Source: an uncultured archaeon
GTDB lineage: Archaea; Asgardarchaeota; Lokiarchaeia; Sigyniarchaeales; SOKP01
DNA: 64,000 nt
Assembly: GCA_964583985.1 (NCBI GenBank)
Contig: CAZOYD010000001.1
Span: 133,595 to 197,594, forward strand
Direction: 5' to 3'
Below are positions 49,254-60,145 of the stretch, in pieces. The notes beneath the pieces were generated by a model. It had not been told where the DNA came from. It made no database searches and was given only the letters and a program-made list of their open reading frames with translations. Both the position numbers and the translations under genes were made by a program. Each line of letters starts with the position of its first letter. Position 1 is the first letter of the stretch.

Positions 49254-49616
49254 TTGAAAAATATGTCAAGTATTAAGAAAAAAAGACCTTCTCCTACTGA
49301 TTCTGGAATTGAAGAGGATATAGTATTTGAAAAAATTATTAATTTTATTGGTTGGATCTTTTTAGTTGCGATCATAGGATTCTTAGGAGCGTGGTTCATT
49401 TTTGATTATGCCCTCGATCTGATAAATATTGTACTTGAAGCCCCAGTTTTTGCAATTATTGTTTTTTTAGGAATAAATTCTGCAATTGGGTTTGGTTTAT
49501 CCTCTGTGATTAAAAGCAATAGGGATTTAAAGAAAAAATATTATTATGATTGGTTGATAGGAGAGTTATTAATCTGTTTATTTGCAATTTTCTCTGTTGC
49601 AGCATATCAATGGTAA
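49254..49616 (+). CDS. Three-TM membrane protein
   Basis: Hydrophobic ORF co-oriented with nac. Confidence 0.65.
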   Translation: MKNMSSIKKKRPSPTDSGIEEDIVFEKIINFIGWIFLVAIIGFLGAWFIFDYALDLINIVLEAPVFAIIVFLGINSAIGFGLSSVIKSNRDLKKKYYYDWLIGELLICLFAIFSVAAYQW

Positions 49617-49622
49617 GTTTTA

Positions 49623-49946
49623 TTATTTATAATCATTTCTCACGGGATTAAAGACATCTATTACTTCTGAATCTTCGAGTATAAACGCACCGTGTTTTTC
49701 ATTTGAATTAAAGATGTAACTATCTCCCTCTTCTGCAATAAATTCTGATTTTTCTGTAAAGAAACGCAATTTTCCTCTAATAACATAACCAACTTGATGT
49801 TGTTTATGGGAATGTAGTGGTATTTCAGAATTTTTTTCAAGATAAAAATGACATAGCATTAAATTCTTATTATAAGCTAAAGTCTTTCTAAATATACCAT
49901 CCAAAGCTTTTATTTCTTGTATATCTTTTTTACTAACTTTATTCAT
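49623..49946 (-). CDS. Cupin-domain protein
   Basis: PLHSHKQHQVGYVIRG, GDSY..EKHG and DVFNPVR. Confidence 0.9.
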   Translation of the reverse strand: MNKVSKKDIQEIKALDGIFRKTLAYNKNLMLCHFYLEKNSEIPLHSHKQHQVGYVIRGKLRFFTEKSEFIAEEGDSYIFNSNEKHGAFILEDSEVIDVFNPVRNDYK

Positions 49947-50349
49947 TATTTCCTCAAGAGAAATTATTTTTATTTAAATGCACTCGTATTTAGTATTGAA
50001 TCAAATATATAATTTCATAAAAAAATCAAAAAACCATCAATGACGACATATTTTTAGCTTGGAGGGATATATTTAAAAAAAAACATTATGGTATCGAAGC
50101 TATCTTATATCGCGCAGTATCTTAAAAGAATAAGCGCAACCGATTTTAAAATAGGTTCCAAATAATTGATAAATTAACTTTATATTGGAGAAACAAATAA
50201 GTTTTTATATTGAAATAGGTAAAGTATTTACGATATGAATAAATTGGTTTAAGCTATATACTTGATAACCAAGCCGACAAAATTAGATGAAAATCTATTC
50301 ATTATCACGTGAAAAATTCGGATAAAAATTGGTAAATTCAAAAAATTAG

Positions 50350-52494
50350 TTGAAAAATATGGTAATCATTCATAAATCAGAAACAATAAAAGAAAATATA
50401 GAAAAAGAAGGAAAAAAAGATTTTTTAGATAACTTATTGCCAAAAGTATTCAAAACCGAAGGTGATGTAGTACCTTTTGATCCTTCTAAAATAGAAGAAA
50501 GTATTATTAAAGAAACGGGTATAGACTCAGATTCTGCAAATCAAATAACGCAATTAGTCCTTCGAAGGATTATTTCTTCGGGAATAAAATTTCTCTCTGG
50601 ACCCCATATTCGAGAAATCGTATGTTCTATATTATCCGAAGAGCATTACGAAGATGCCCGAAAATTATATACTAGAATAGGAATGCCTTTAATGGACTAT
50701 GAAGCCATTTTAGAACAGGGAATAAATGAAAATGCCAATCAAGACCTGAATCCTGAAAGGATTCACCATTGGGCGGCAAATCAGATTTCAGACGAATATG
50801 CTCTTTTGAGAATTTTAGATTCTGATGAAGCTCATGCTCATTTATATGGTGATATTCATATTCATATGCTTCATTATTTTGATTTGAGGCCGTTTTGTCA
50901 GGAGTGGGATCCAAGAATGATTTTGGAACACGGTTTACCTCCAGTTGACAGTTGGGCACATTATTGTAAGTCTGGACCTGCTGGAAGTTTAAGAGTTGCA
51001 GTGACTCATTTAGTAAAGTGGCTAGGGATTATACAAGGGGAATTTTCAGGAGAGCAAGGTTATAATTATATAACAACATTTTTAGCACCATATGCTAAAG
51101 GATTGCCTAAGAGTGAAATTAAACAATCAATGCAATGTTTAATTTTTGAAGCTAACCAGATTTTCGCTACACGTGGTGGACAAGTCCCATTCACATCAAT
51201 TTCTTGTACACCTACTATCCCTGATGGATTAATCAAGATCCCGGCTATTGGACCTTATGGGAAAATTATTGGTACCTACAGTGATTACAAAAACGAATGT
51301 TTGGAACTTTTTGATGCTTTAACAGATGTTTATATTCAAGGGGATCATAATGGAAAACTGTTTGCGTTTCCAAAACATAAGATTAAAATAAAGAAAGAAT
51401 GGCTTGAGGAATTTGAACCTTCTTATTTGAAGGTTATGGAAGAAGTTGCAACAATGGGTACACCTTTTTTTCTTAACATGTGCCCAGATTGGATGTTAGA
51501 TGACATTTACAGTCAATGTTGTAGGAAGTTTTTAAGCAGTGACCAAATCATCAAGCACTGCATTTTAGATCCGGAAAAAAGGAAAAATGTTGATATTTGG
51601 GAAAATTACGTCACTACAGGCTCTTTACAGAGTGTAAGTTTAAATTTACCTCGTTATGCATATCTTTCTAATAATGTAGAGGATTATTTTCATATTTTAG
51701 ACGAAAAAATGGAATTAGCAGCAAGGATCTTGAGAAAAAAATTGAATTTGATGGAAAAAAGATTAAAAACAGGTCATTTACCTCTATGTAGCGGCAACAT
51801 TAAAGGTGAACCGATATTTAAACTGAGATATCAAAACCTTTCAATTAGTTTTACTGGATTAAATGAAGCTGTACAAAGCTTGACTAATTTCGAATTGCAT
51901 GAAAATGATGAAGGTTATTCTTTAGGAAAAAGAATTCTTGAATACATGGCAGCTAAATGTAATACGATGACAGAACGAGATGAAAAATCATATTCCTTAT
52001 GGCAACAACCAAGTGAATCAGCAAGTAATCGTTTTGCAATATTAGATTTAAAGCATTTCCCTAAAAAAGCAATACCTCAATCAAGTGGAGCGTCAGCTTA
52101 TTATACAAATTCAGGTCATATACGTTATGACGCGGATATACCCTTGTCAAAAAGGATTCAATTACAAGGAGATTACTATCCTATTGTTGGGGGTGGTGTG
52201 ATAACGCATATTTGGATGGGAGAACAAAAACCAAACATCCAAGGGATCTGGGAATTAACTAAAAGTATTTGTCTTAACACAAATACTGCTTATTTTACAT
52301 ATACTCCCGATTTTATTTATTGTCCTCATTGTAGAAAGATGTTCCGAGGGAGAAATTTTAAGTGTCCTAAATGTTTTTCTGAAGATGTAAAAGTTTATTC
52401 AAGAATTGCGGGACATTATAGTGAAATAACTAAATACAATCTTGGTAAAAAAGCCGAATGGGAATCTAGAAAACGAGAAAATTTTAATTTTTAA
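50350..52494 (+). CDS. nrdD: Anaerobic (class III) ribonucleotide reductase with ATP cone; several consensus deviations
   Basis: ATP cone, GDIHIH, RGGQ, SQCCR, SLNLPR, CPHC/CPKC and glycyl-radical loop SRIAGHY. Confidence 0.9.
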   Translation: MKNMVIIHKSETIKENIEKEGKKDFLDNLLPKVFKTEGDVVPFDPSKIEESIIKETGIDSDSANQITQLVLRRIISSGIKFLSGPHIREIVCSILSEEHYEDARKLYTRIGMPLMDYEAILEQGINENANQDLNPERIHHWAANQISDEYALLRILDSDEAHAHLYGDIHIHMLHYFDLRPFCQEWDPRMILEHGLPPVDSWAHYCKSGPAGSLRVAVTHLVKWLGIIQGEFSGEQGYNYITTFLAPYAKGLPKSEIKQSMQCLIFEANQIFATRGGQVPFTSISCTPTIPDGLIKIPAIGPYGKIIGTYSDYKNECLELFDALTDVYIQGDHNGKLFAFPKHKIKIKKEWLEEFEPSYLKVMEEVATMGTPFFLNMCPDWMLDDIYSQCCRKFLSSDQIIKHCILDPEKRKNVDIWENYVTTGSLQSVSLNLPRYAYLSNNVEDYFHILDEKMELAARILRKKLNLMEKRLKTGHLPLCSGNIKGEPIFKLRYQNLSISFTGLNEAVQSLTNFELHENDEGYSLGKRILEYMAAKCNTMTERDEKSYSLWQQPSESASNRFAILDLKHFPKKAIPQSSGASAYYTNSGHIRYDADIPLSKRIQLQGDYYPIVGGGVITHIWMGEQKPNIQGIWELTKSICLNTNTAYFTYTPDFIYCPHCRKMFRGRNFKCPKCFSEDVKVYSRIAGHYSEITKYNLGKKAEWESRKRENFNF

Positions 52495-52542
52495 TAATAT
52501 ATCTATTATATTTTATAGATAGAATACTTATTTTGGCATATT

Positions 52543-52863
52543 ATGAAGAAAAATGTTACCTTTAATGAACTTCAATCTCAAATAAACGAGTGGATTCGTA
52601 ATCATGGGGATTACTGGTCCCCCCTTTCAATGCTTAGTGCAGTAATGGAGGAATTAGGCGAACTTGCTCGAGAAATCAATTCTCAAGAGAAATATAAACC
52701 TAAGAAAGCACAGCATTCAGAATCTAAAATAGAGGAAGAATTAGGAGATCTTCAATTTGCAATAACTTGTATAGCAAATTATTATAAAATCGATCTTATT
52801 GATGCATTAATGAAGACTATGAAAAAATATTTTAAAAGAGATTCTATTAGATTTTTAGAATAA
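52543..52863 (+). CDS. MazG-like nucleotide pyrophosphohydrolase
   Basis: EELGELAREI and EEELGD. Confidence 0.9.
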   Translation: MKKNVTFNELQSQINEWIRNHGDYWSPLSMLSAVMEELGELAREINSQEKYKPKKAQHSESKIEEELGDLQFAITCIANYYKIDLIDALMKTMKKYFKRDSIRFLE

Positions 52864-52944
52864 TTTCTATTCTGATGATTAATAGCTGTAAAATTTTAAT
52901 TGCTTGCATATTTCTATATTCTATAAAACGAATTTGGAGCAATA

Positions 52945-54117
52945 ATGTTAAAAGAAGGTCTTTCTAAAAAGGAAATAACTGAAATATTAGAAAAGAAACT
53001 TAAAAAAGATTTTTCATATGACTCGGGATCAATTTTAGGATCGATGTGTACTAATCCCCATGATTTTGGGAAGGAAATCTATATGAAATATATTTCTAAA
53101 AATCTTGGAGACCCAGGTTTATTTTTAGGAACAACAAAATTAGAAGAAGAACTCATAAATGAAATTGGGGATTTATTCAATGGAAAAAATATAATCGGAA
53201 CATTCACTTCAGGAGGATCAGAAGCTAATATTATAGCCATGAGAATTGCTAAGAAACTACATCCCGAAATAGCTAACCCTGAAGTTGTTCTACCAGTTTC
53301 TTCCCACATTTCTTTTGATAAAGCGGCAGATCTATTAGGGATAAAATTGAGGAAGGCAAAATTAAAAGAAAACTTTGAATTAGACCTAGATCATTATGCA
53401 AGTTTAATAAATAAAAATACATGTGGAGTGGTAGGAATTGCTGGAACGACAGCATTAGGATTAGTTGACCCGATAAAAGAAATTGGTAATTTAGTGCAAG
53501 ATAAAGATATATATTTTCACGTGGATGCTGCTTTTGGAGGATTTATTTTACCATTTTTAAAACATATTGGGTATAAAGTTCCATTATGGGATTTTTCTGT
53601 ACAAAAAATAGACTCTATAACTGCAGATCCTCATAAAATGGGTCTTGGTATTATACCTTCAGGTGGATTTTTCTTGAGAGATAAATCAATTTTACAAAAA
53701 ATGGGATATGAAATTCCATATTTAGCAGGAGGAAATTTTAAACACTTTCATTTCGTCGGTACACGACCAGGAGCTTCAGTAATTGCTTTTTGGGCTATTA
53801 TGAAATATTTAGGAATAGATGGATTTACTAAAATGATCCAAAATTGCATGCTGAATACGGATTATTTAGCTAAAAAAATTTCAGAAATTCAAGGGATAAA
53901 ACTTGCTATAAAACCAGTTCTAAATATAGTGGGTATTACAACCGAAAATAATGAATCAATATGTGAAATTGATAATAAATTGCGGGAAAAAAATTGGATG
54001 TTGGGAAAATTTATAGATTTTAATCTAATTAGGGTAGTTTTGATGCCTCACGTTAAGTATGAGCATTTACATCGATTTATTGACGATCTTGAAGAAATTT
54101 TAAGCAACTCAAAGTAA
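52945..54117 (+). CDS. mfnA: PLP-dependent tyrosine/aspartate decarboxylase
   Basis: ILGSMCT, NLGDPGLF, HVDAAFGG, DPHKMG and GTRPG. Confidence 0.92.
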   Translation: MLKEGLSKKEITEILEKKLKKDFSYDSGSILGSMCTNPHDFGKEIYMKYISKNLGDPGLFLGTTKLEEELINEIGDLFNGKNIIGTFTSGGSEANIIAMRIAKKLHPEIANPEVVLPVSSHISFDKAADLLGIKLRKAKLKENFELDLDHYASLINKNTCGVVGIAGTTALGLVDPIKEIGNLVQDKDIYFHVDAAFGGFILPFLKHIGYKVPLWDFSVQKIDSITADPHKMGLGIIPSGGFFLRDKSILQKMGYEIPYLAGGNFKHFHFVGTRPGASVIAFWAIMKYLGIDGFTKMIQNCMLNTDYLAKKISEIQGIKLAIKPVLNIVGITTENNESICEIDNKLREKNWMLGKFIDFNLIRVVLMPHVKYEHLHRFIDDLEEILSNSK

Positions 54118-54198
54118 ATCTTAATAAGAATGAATGTAATTTTATATTGTAAGAACTCTATGATTTAAGAGAATACCACTTTAAGACTGAAATAAAGA

Positions 54199-54972
54199 AT
54201 GGCGAAAGATAAGAAAAAGTCATTTGGAATTAAAACAGCACGGTATTTTACAAAAACATGTTTAAATTGCAATTTTGAATATCCTAATTGGTTTACAAAT
54301 TGTCCAAAATGTGGTATCGCTTGGGATTTTGTAGAAGCAGAAAAGATGAGTGGTACAAAGGAGATATTAAAGAAAACAATTAAAATCATAGTCAAAATTA
54401 CTGAAGAAGATTTTGATGAAGATCTTGAGCGGGTCCAATTAAATTTTTCTGCAGATCACGGATATTCATGGTATCAAATGGAAATGATAAATAAAACGGA
54501 TTATTTCGTCGCAGAACTTGCGGATGTTCCGACAAGATCAACCATCATCTATTTTATTGAAGTACGTTTAAAAAATGGAGAGACTATAATAGAGAATAAT
54601 GATGGTAATTATTATTATTACATTGTAGGATCATCTTATGAAGAGGCTGCAGATTCATCATTTCCATCAAAAAAAATCGAAAAGCAAGAAAATTCTAAAA
54701 AAAGACAGATTCCAGAAAGACCTAAAAGAAAAGAAGTTTTCACTCGTCCTATTAAAAAAGAATATTTCAAACCAAAAACCGAAAATCCTGAAATAGAAAA
54801 TCAAGTCTCCAAAATTCAAAGCCCTCAAAATCTAATTCATTATCGAAAAGAAGATAATATAACAATATTTGGTAATCCTCAAACTGAAATTGATCCTGAT
54901 CTTAAATTATGTCCACACTGTAATTCTAAAATAAAGAAGATGTGGAATACTTGTCCTATTTGTGGAAAATAA
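54199..54972 (+). CDS. Protein with N- and C-terminal Zn ribbons flanking a beta-sandwich-like domain
   Basis: CLNC..CPKC; ENNDGNYY; CPHC..CPIC. Confidence 0.7.
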   Translation: MAKDKKKSFGIKTARYFTKTCLNCNFEYPNWFTNCPKCGIAWDFVEAEKMSGTKEILKKTIKIIVKITEEDFDEDLERVQLNFSADHGYSWYQMEMINKTDYFVAELADVPTRSTIIYFIEVRLKNGETIIENNDGNYYYYIVGSSYEEAADSSFPSKKIEKQENSKKRQIPERPKRKEVFTRPIKKEYFKPKTENPEIENQVSKIQSPQNLIHYRKEDNITIFGNPQTEIDPDLKLCPHCNSKIKKMWNTCPICGK

Positions 54973-54990
54973 TTATTATGTATTAGAATT

Positions 54991-56700
54991 TCAAGTTAAT
55001 TTATTCCCACATTTATTACAAAAAGCGTAATCGGAAGAAAGCTTTGCCCCACATTGAGAACATGTTAAGAAATCTTTAGATTTGGGTTCTTCATCAGTAC
55101 TTGGTTCGGTGTTGGATGTTATTACTGTGAAGGATTTTGTTTCAGGTTCAATATCTACTACATTCGGAATAATTCTCAAAGTAGATGATTCTTCCACCTT
55201 TCGTTCCTCACTTGCTGCAAAGGATACAAATGGAGCTGATTCCCCTATATTATCATGTTCTGTTTTTTGTGCTAATGTTTGAAATAAAGATGGTGTACTC
55301 ATAGAAGCATCAGATTTGGGAAAAACAATTTCTTGTTCGGGGGCCAACATCTTCTTTTCTTTTTTTGGTTTCTCTTTTTTACTTTGCTTCATTTCCACAA
55401 TTAATTTTTCTTGCTTTTCCTTCTCCACTTTGATTTTATCTTCCTTTTCCTTTTTCCTCTTTTCCTTCTCAAGTCTTTTTTTTTCTTTTTTAGATATAAT
55501 TGTTTCTGGCATATAATCAACTAATGATTGTGAAGGGGGAGAATCAAACGTTGATCTTGGGGATGGTTCAAATGTCATTGAGGTAGGTTTAGGTTTTTGT
55601 GGTTCTTCTTTTTTTGATACTATAAAGGGTATGATCTTTTTAGTGGTACTTTCAGCTGAATTATCTATTTTATGAGTTTTAAACTCTTCTGGAGTGGGTG
55701 CTGGAACGGGTATATTAGAAGAAAAAGGAATGGTTCTTGGTTTATACGATTCTTCTACTGGTACTTGAGTGATTCTTAATGATTCCATATGTTTTAGTGG
55801 TTCATTTGCTTTCTGTGATAAAATTTCTTCTGGTGTTTTAAATTCAAATTCAGCAGGATCTGGAACGGAAACTTCTGGTATAGATGCATGTTCAAATGAA
55901 GGGATTAATTCTTCTTTCTTGTCAATTAAAGGTTCTGGTACGGGAGGGGCAGCATATCTGATTTCTGGAATAGATTTTAGTGGTTCTGGTATGGGGGGCG
56001 CTGCGTAATCGATCTCTGGTATTGCGTTATTATTTAAAGGTTCTGGTACGGGAGGGGCAGCATAGTCGGTCATTGATCCTAATTGAAATGAAGTTGTTAT
56101 TTCTTTATCATTACTTATAGGTATTTGACCAGGATGATATACAATATTGTTTAATAGTTTTGTTGGAATTCCTTGACCGATCATCAAGCATGCTAATATA
56201 TAGAAACAATCTCCAACACCGTCACCTGTTTTAGCAGAAGTCTCCATATAGTAAAGGTTAAAATCTCGAGTAAAATTATTTATTTCTTCCATCGAAACCA
56301 TACGTTGATCAGTTAAATCGCTTTTATTTCCAACAAGTAACAAGGGAATTTCGGTTTTTAGATTAGCTCTTACTTCTTCAATCCATTGAGGTAAATGTTC
56401 AAAACTTGCTTCATTAGTGAGGTCAAATACCAAAACAGCTCCTAATGAACCCCTATAATACATAGGTCGGATTGAACTGAAACGCTCTTGACCTCCGGTA
56501 TCCCAAAGTTGGAGTTTTGCTTTGATAGGTCCTTCATTCGTATTAATTGTAATCGTCTTTACATGAAAGTCAACTCCAATTGTCATTTTATAATCTTCTG
56601 TAAAAAAATCCTTTGAAAAGCGCAAAGTTAAAGCCGTTTTACCTACTCCACCATCTCCTACAACAATTGATTTAAACAAGTAATCATATTCTTCTGACAT
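54991..56700 (-). CDS. Rab-like GTPase with long Pro-rich tail and C-terminal Zn ribbon
   Basis: GDGGVGKT, TIGVDF, WDTGGQERF, YYRG, GNKSD and ETSAK; CSQC..CNKC. Confidence 0.92.
   Translation of the reverse strand: MSEEYDYLFKSIVVGDGGVGKTALTLRFSKDFFTEDYKMTIGVDFHVKTITINTNEGPIKAKLQLWDTGGQERFSSIRPMYYRGSLGAVLVFDLTNEASFEHLPQWIEEVRANLKTEIPLLLVGNKSDLTDQRMVSMEEINNFTRDFNLYYMETSAKTGDGVGDCFYILACLMIGQGIPTKLLNNIVYHPGQIPISNDKEITTSFQLGSMTDYAAPPVPEPLNNNAIPEIDYAAPPIPEPLKSIPEIRYAAPPVPEPLIDKKEELIPSFEHASIPEVSVPDPAEFEFKTPEEILSQKANEPLKHMESLRITQVPVEESYKPRTIPFSSNIPVPAPTPEEFKTHKIDNSAESTTKKIIPFIVSKKEEPQKPKPTSMTFEPSPRSTFDSPPSQSLVDYMPETIISKKEKKRLEKEKRKKEKEDKIKVEKEKQEKLIVEMKQSKKEKPKKEKKMLAPEQEIVFPKSDASMSTPSLFQTLAQKTEHDNIGESAPFVSFAASEERKVEESSTLRIIPNVVDIEPETKSFTVITSNTEPSTDEEPKSKDFLTCSQCGAKLSSDYAFCNKCGNKLT
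55926..56064. repeat. Intragenic repeat encoding YAAPP(V/I)PEPL three times
   Basis: Identical 31-mers at 55926-55956 and 56034-56064, with a diverged copy at about 55980-56008. Confidence 0.9.
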
Positions 56701-56882
56701 TACGATTCGACCATTTTCTTATGAGAATTAATATAATAAATTGTTATAAGATTACTAAGTTGTAGTAATTATTATTATTAATATAAGTATAATTTATTAT
56801 ATTTTTACTTATTTTACTATTTTCCGTTTATGCCTAATACGAGAACAATTTTTCTTCGAATATATCTCTATTTAATAAAAAT

Positions 56883-57815
56883 TTATGAATGAATATTTGA
56901 TTTATTTAATTCGATTAATTTCTTTCTATTTTTGCTTAATTCAGCTGCTTCTTTTTTAAGATCATTATTTTCAACCCATTCTTTCAACTCATCTAATTGA
57001 TCTCCATTATAGTGGTATGAAAAATCTTTATTTGGATAAACATTATTTAACACTTCATTCTTATATTGCTCCAATGCTTCAGTTATAGAATCTCTCACGT
57101 TTCCAAAGTATTTCAAAAATTTTGGTTTGAAATCTGTAAAGATACCTAACATATCATGTAATACGAGAATTTGCCCATCACAATATGATCCTGCACCGAT
57201 GCCAATTGTTGGAATATCTACTTCTTTGGTTATCAGTTTTGCGATTTGCCAAGGGATACTTTCTAAAACTATTGAAAAAACACCCGCTTTTTCAAGATTT
57301 TTTGCATCTAATAATAGGTGCTTCGCATTTTCAATTGTTTTTCCTTGAACCATAAAACCTCCAAATCGGTATATTTTTTGAGGCGTGAGACCAATATGAC
57401 CCATCACTTCGATATCGGCTTTTTTCATTGCCATGATGATAGGACAAATTTCAGTTCCTCCTTCAACTTTTACAGCTTCAGCACCACCTTCTTGGATGAA
57501 TCTCCCTGCATTTCTTACAGCTTCAGTTTTATTTATTTTATAAGATAAAAAGGGCATATCTCCAACGATTAAAGCATTTGAAACCGCTCTACTTACGGCT
57601 TTAGTATGATGAATCATTTCATCCATAGAAACTGATAATGTATTACGATATCCCAACATAACCATCGCTAATGAATCTCCGATGAGTATTAAGTCGAAAT
57701 TACATGCATCAACTATTTTAGCTAATGCATAATCATAGGCAGTAATGGTTACTATTTTTTCTCCAATTTGCTTTTTTTCCATTAAGCTTTTTATTGTAAC
57801 TTTTTTTAAGGACAT
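56883..57815 (-). CDS. panB: 3-methyl-2-oxobutanoate hydroxymethyltransferase
   Basis: TAYD, GDSL, DMPF, VKVEGG, GHIGLTPQ and IGIGAG. Confidence 0.96.
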   Translation of the reverse strand: MSLKKVTIKSLMEKKQIGEKIVTITAYDYALAKIVDACNFDLILIGDSLAMVMLGYRNTLSVSMDEMIHHTKAVSRAVSNALIVGDMPFLSYKINKTEAVRNAGRFIQEGGAEAVKVEGGTEICPIIMAMKKADIEVMGHIGLTPQKIYRFGGFMVQGKTIENAKHLLLDAKNLEKAGVFSIVLESIPWQIAKLITKEVDIPTIGIGAGSYCDGQILVLHDMLGIFTDFKPKFLKYFGNVRDSITEALEQYKNEVLNNVYPNKDFSYHYNGDQLDELKEWVENNDLKKEAAELSKNRKKLIELNKSNIHS

Positions 57816-57930
57816 AAGTTCACGACTATTAATTTTGAAAAGAGATATGAATGTTAATTTTTATTTTTAACTAAATTTATCAATCAGATCTAGTTTAATT
57901 ATGGTTATGATAATGTAATAAAATACATTT

Positions 57931-58875
57931 TCAAGTAAATGCTGTTTCCAATATCATTTGAAATTTTTCTAGTTCAATTTTTATCTCATTTATTATACTC
58001 GCTGGGATGCTTACTCCAATATAAAAAATATTTTCTCCATCTCTTGATGGTACTAAGAACATTTTAACATATTCGATTTTGTCTTCTGAGATTGATACCC
58101 TATCGTCAATATTTACATCATCGTCCTTGAGTCTTTGAAAGAACTCTAAGTCATCATTGATTTTTGTACTAATAATCTCTTCAAATGCCCTTGCATCCAT
58201 AGTTTCTTTGTAACTATCTGCAATTACAATCCCTGATTCAGTATATATTATAGCATGATTGCATCCAAATTTATCTACAAGGAATTTTAATTCCTCACTA
58301 ATCTGTTCCAAACTTAACAATTTGTTTAAAGAGTAGGACATGGCTTTTGAGACAGAAGAGATATCGTAATATGAAGTGTAAAAGAATTTAAATTTCAGAT
58401 CTTGATTTTGAGATGATATCAAAGTCTCTAACATTATCGCGCGATCGTGAAAATCTGCGTCATTTTTAAATTTCGGATCATATTTATTAAAACATATAAT
58501 AATATCATTCTTGTAGTCCATTCCTCTGTAGATGTTTAAAATGTCCTGTAAGTATTGCATAGATTCATCAAATTTTAGCTCATCTTGTATATCAATGAGA
58601 AAATAGAGAGAATCTGTCTCTGAAAAGTATATAGGATTACTGACATAAATTTTCCTGAATTTAGCTTGACCTCCCATATCCCAAATATTAATTCTATAGG
58701 TTTTAAGGAATTTAAAAGAACTATAATCGATTTTAATTGTTGGTTTTAAATTTTTTACTCGTTCATAAAAATTATATTTCTGACGTAACGCGATTAATGC
58801 GCTAGTCTTACCCGCATTATCCAATCCGGCAATTACTAATTTATAATCTTTAAAATTTTGCTTTATATCTGGCAT
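57931..58875 (-). CDS. Arf/Rag-like small GTPase with C-terminal Roadblock-like domain
   Basis: GLDNAGKT, PTI, WDMGGQ and NKYD; C-terminal IIYTESGIVIA. Confidence 0.82.
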   Translation of the reverse strand: MPDIKQNFKDYKLVIAGLDNAGKTSALIALRQKYNFYERVKNLKPTIKIDYSSFKFLKTYRINIWDMGGQAKFRKIYVSNPIYFSETDSLYFLIDIQDELKFDESMQYLQDILNIYRGMDYKNDIIICFNKYDPKFKNDADFHDRAIMLETLISSQNQDLKFKFFYTSYYDISSVSKAMSYSLNKLLSLEQISEELKFLVDKFGCNHAIIYTESGIVIADSYKETMDARAFEEIISTKINDDLEFFQRLKDDDVNIDDRVSISEDKIEYVKMFLVPSRDGENIFYIGVSIPASIINEIKIELEKFQMILETAFT

Positions 58876-59065
58876 TTTCGAGAATTAGTATTAATTTAGT
58901 ATATATGGTTATTAAAAATTTAAATTATAAATCTAATTTCAAATATTTATTCTTATTTATTTTAGTGATTTTCGATTTCTAATTAGATCTATTCACTTTT
59001 TTAGATAATTCAAAAAGATTTTTTAAGAAACAAATCCTTAAATATTTCTGATAGAGTGTTAGGAT

Positions 59066-60100
59066 TTGAATAATATGGATCCAAAAGAAATTGATTTTTA
59101 TTCACTGGGTTTTAATTTTATAGAAACCAAAATGATGTATACAGCAGATTATAAAGATGGTAAATGGAGCGATGGAAAATTAGTTCCATTTGCTAACTTT
59201 GAGATTTCGCCAGCTGCATGTGTTTTAAATTACGGACAAGGAATTTTTGAAGGTATGAAAGCACTTAGAACAAAAAAGGGAGACATCACACTTTTTCGCC
59301 CAAGAGAAAACGCGAAGCGATTGAATAGTAGCGCGAGTCGAATGTTGATGCCAAACTATGATATTGAGTTATTTATTAAAGCTCTCAAACAAGTTGTAAA
59401 GGCAAATGAGGATTATATCCCACCTTATGATAGTAAAGGAGCGCTTTACATACGACCCTTAATGATTGGTAATGGTCCTGTATTAGGAGTAAAACCGGCT
59501 TTAGAATATAAACTTATCATCTTCACGGTTCCTGTTGGACCTTACTTTCCCCAAGGTTTTAAGGGTATTGATTTAGAAATATCCACAATTTATACTAGGG
59601 CGGCTCCAGGTGGGACAGGTTCAGCAAAAACATGTTCTAATTATGCAGGATCAATGTTACCCGTTAAAGAAACAAAATCTAAGGGTTTTTCACAAGTAAT
59701 ATTTTTAGATGCTGTAAACCGAGAGTTTATTGAAGAAGTCGGAACTGCCAATTTTTTTGCCGTAATTGATGGCAATTTAGTAACCCCCAAAACTTCAGGG
59801 ACCATTCTACCCGGAATCACAAGAAAATCGATATTAGAATTAAGCAAAAAAAAATTAGGAATTATGACAGAAGAAAGAGATATATCATATAGAGAGATTT
59901 TTGAAGAATCTTGTACAGAAACATTTTGTGCAGGAACTGCTGCTGTAATTACACCTATTAAATCTGTTGTTTTGGAAGATAAGAAGAGAATATTTAGCGA
60001 TGGTGAACCCGGAGAAACAACTAGAAAGCTGTATGAATTATTAATAGGGATTCAAAGAATGGATATTGAGGATGATTTAGGCTGGATTGTAAAAGTATAG
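59066..60100 (+). CDS. ilvE: Branched-chain amino acid aminotransferase
   Basis: LNYGQGIFEGMKA, LYIRP, EEVGTAN, ILPGITR and GTAAVITP. Confidence 0.95.
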   Translation: MNNMDPKEIDFYSLGFNFIETKMMYTADYKDGKWSDGKLVPFANFEISPAACVLNYGQGIFEGMKALRTKKGDITLFRPRENAKRLNSSASRMLMPNYDIELFIKALKQVVKANEDYIPPYDSKGALYIRPLMIGNGPVLGVKPALEYKLIIFTVPVGPYFPQGFKGIDLEISTIYTRAAPGGTGSAKTCSNYAGSMLPVKETKSKGFSQVIFLDAVNREFIEEVGTANFFAVIDGNLVTPKTSGTILPGITRKSILELSKKKLGIMTEERDISYREIFEESCTETFCAGTAAVITPIKSVVLEDKKRIFSDGEPGETTRKLYELLIGIQRMDIEDDLGWIVKV

Positions 60101-60145
60101 TATTTACTTTTTTCTTAGAATTTATTTAATTTTCATAATCATTCA

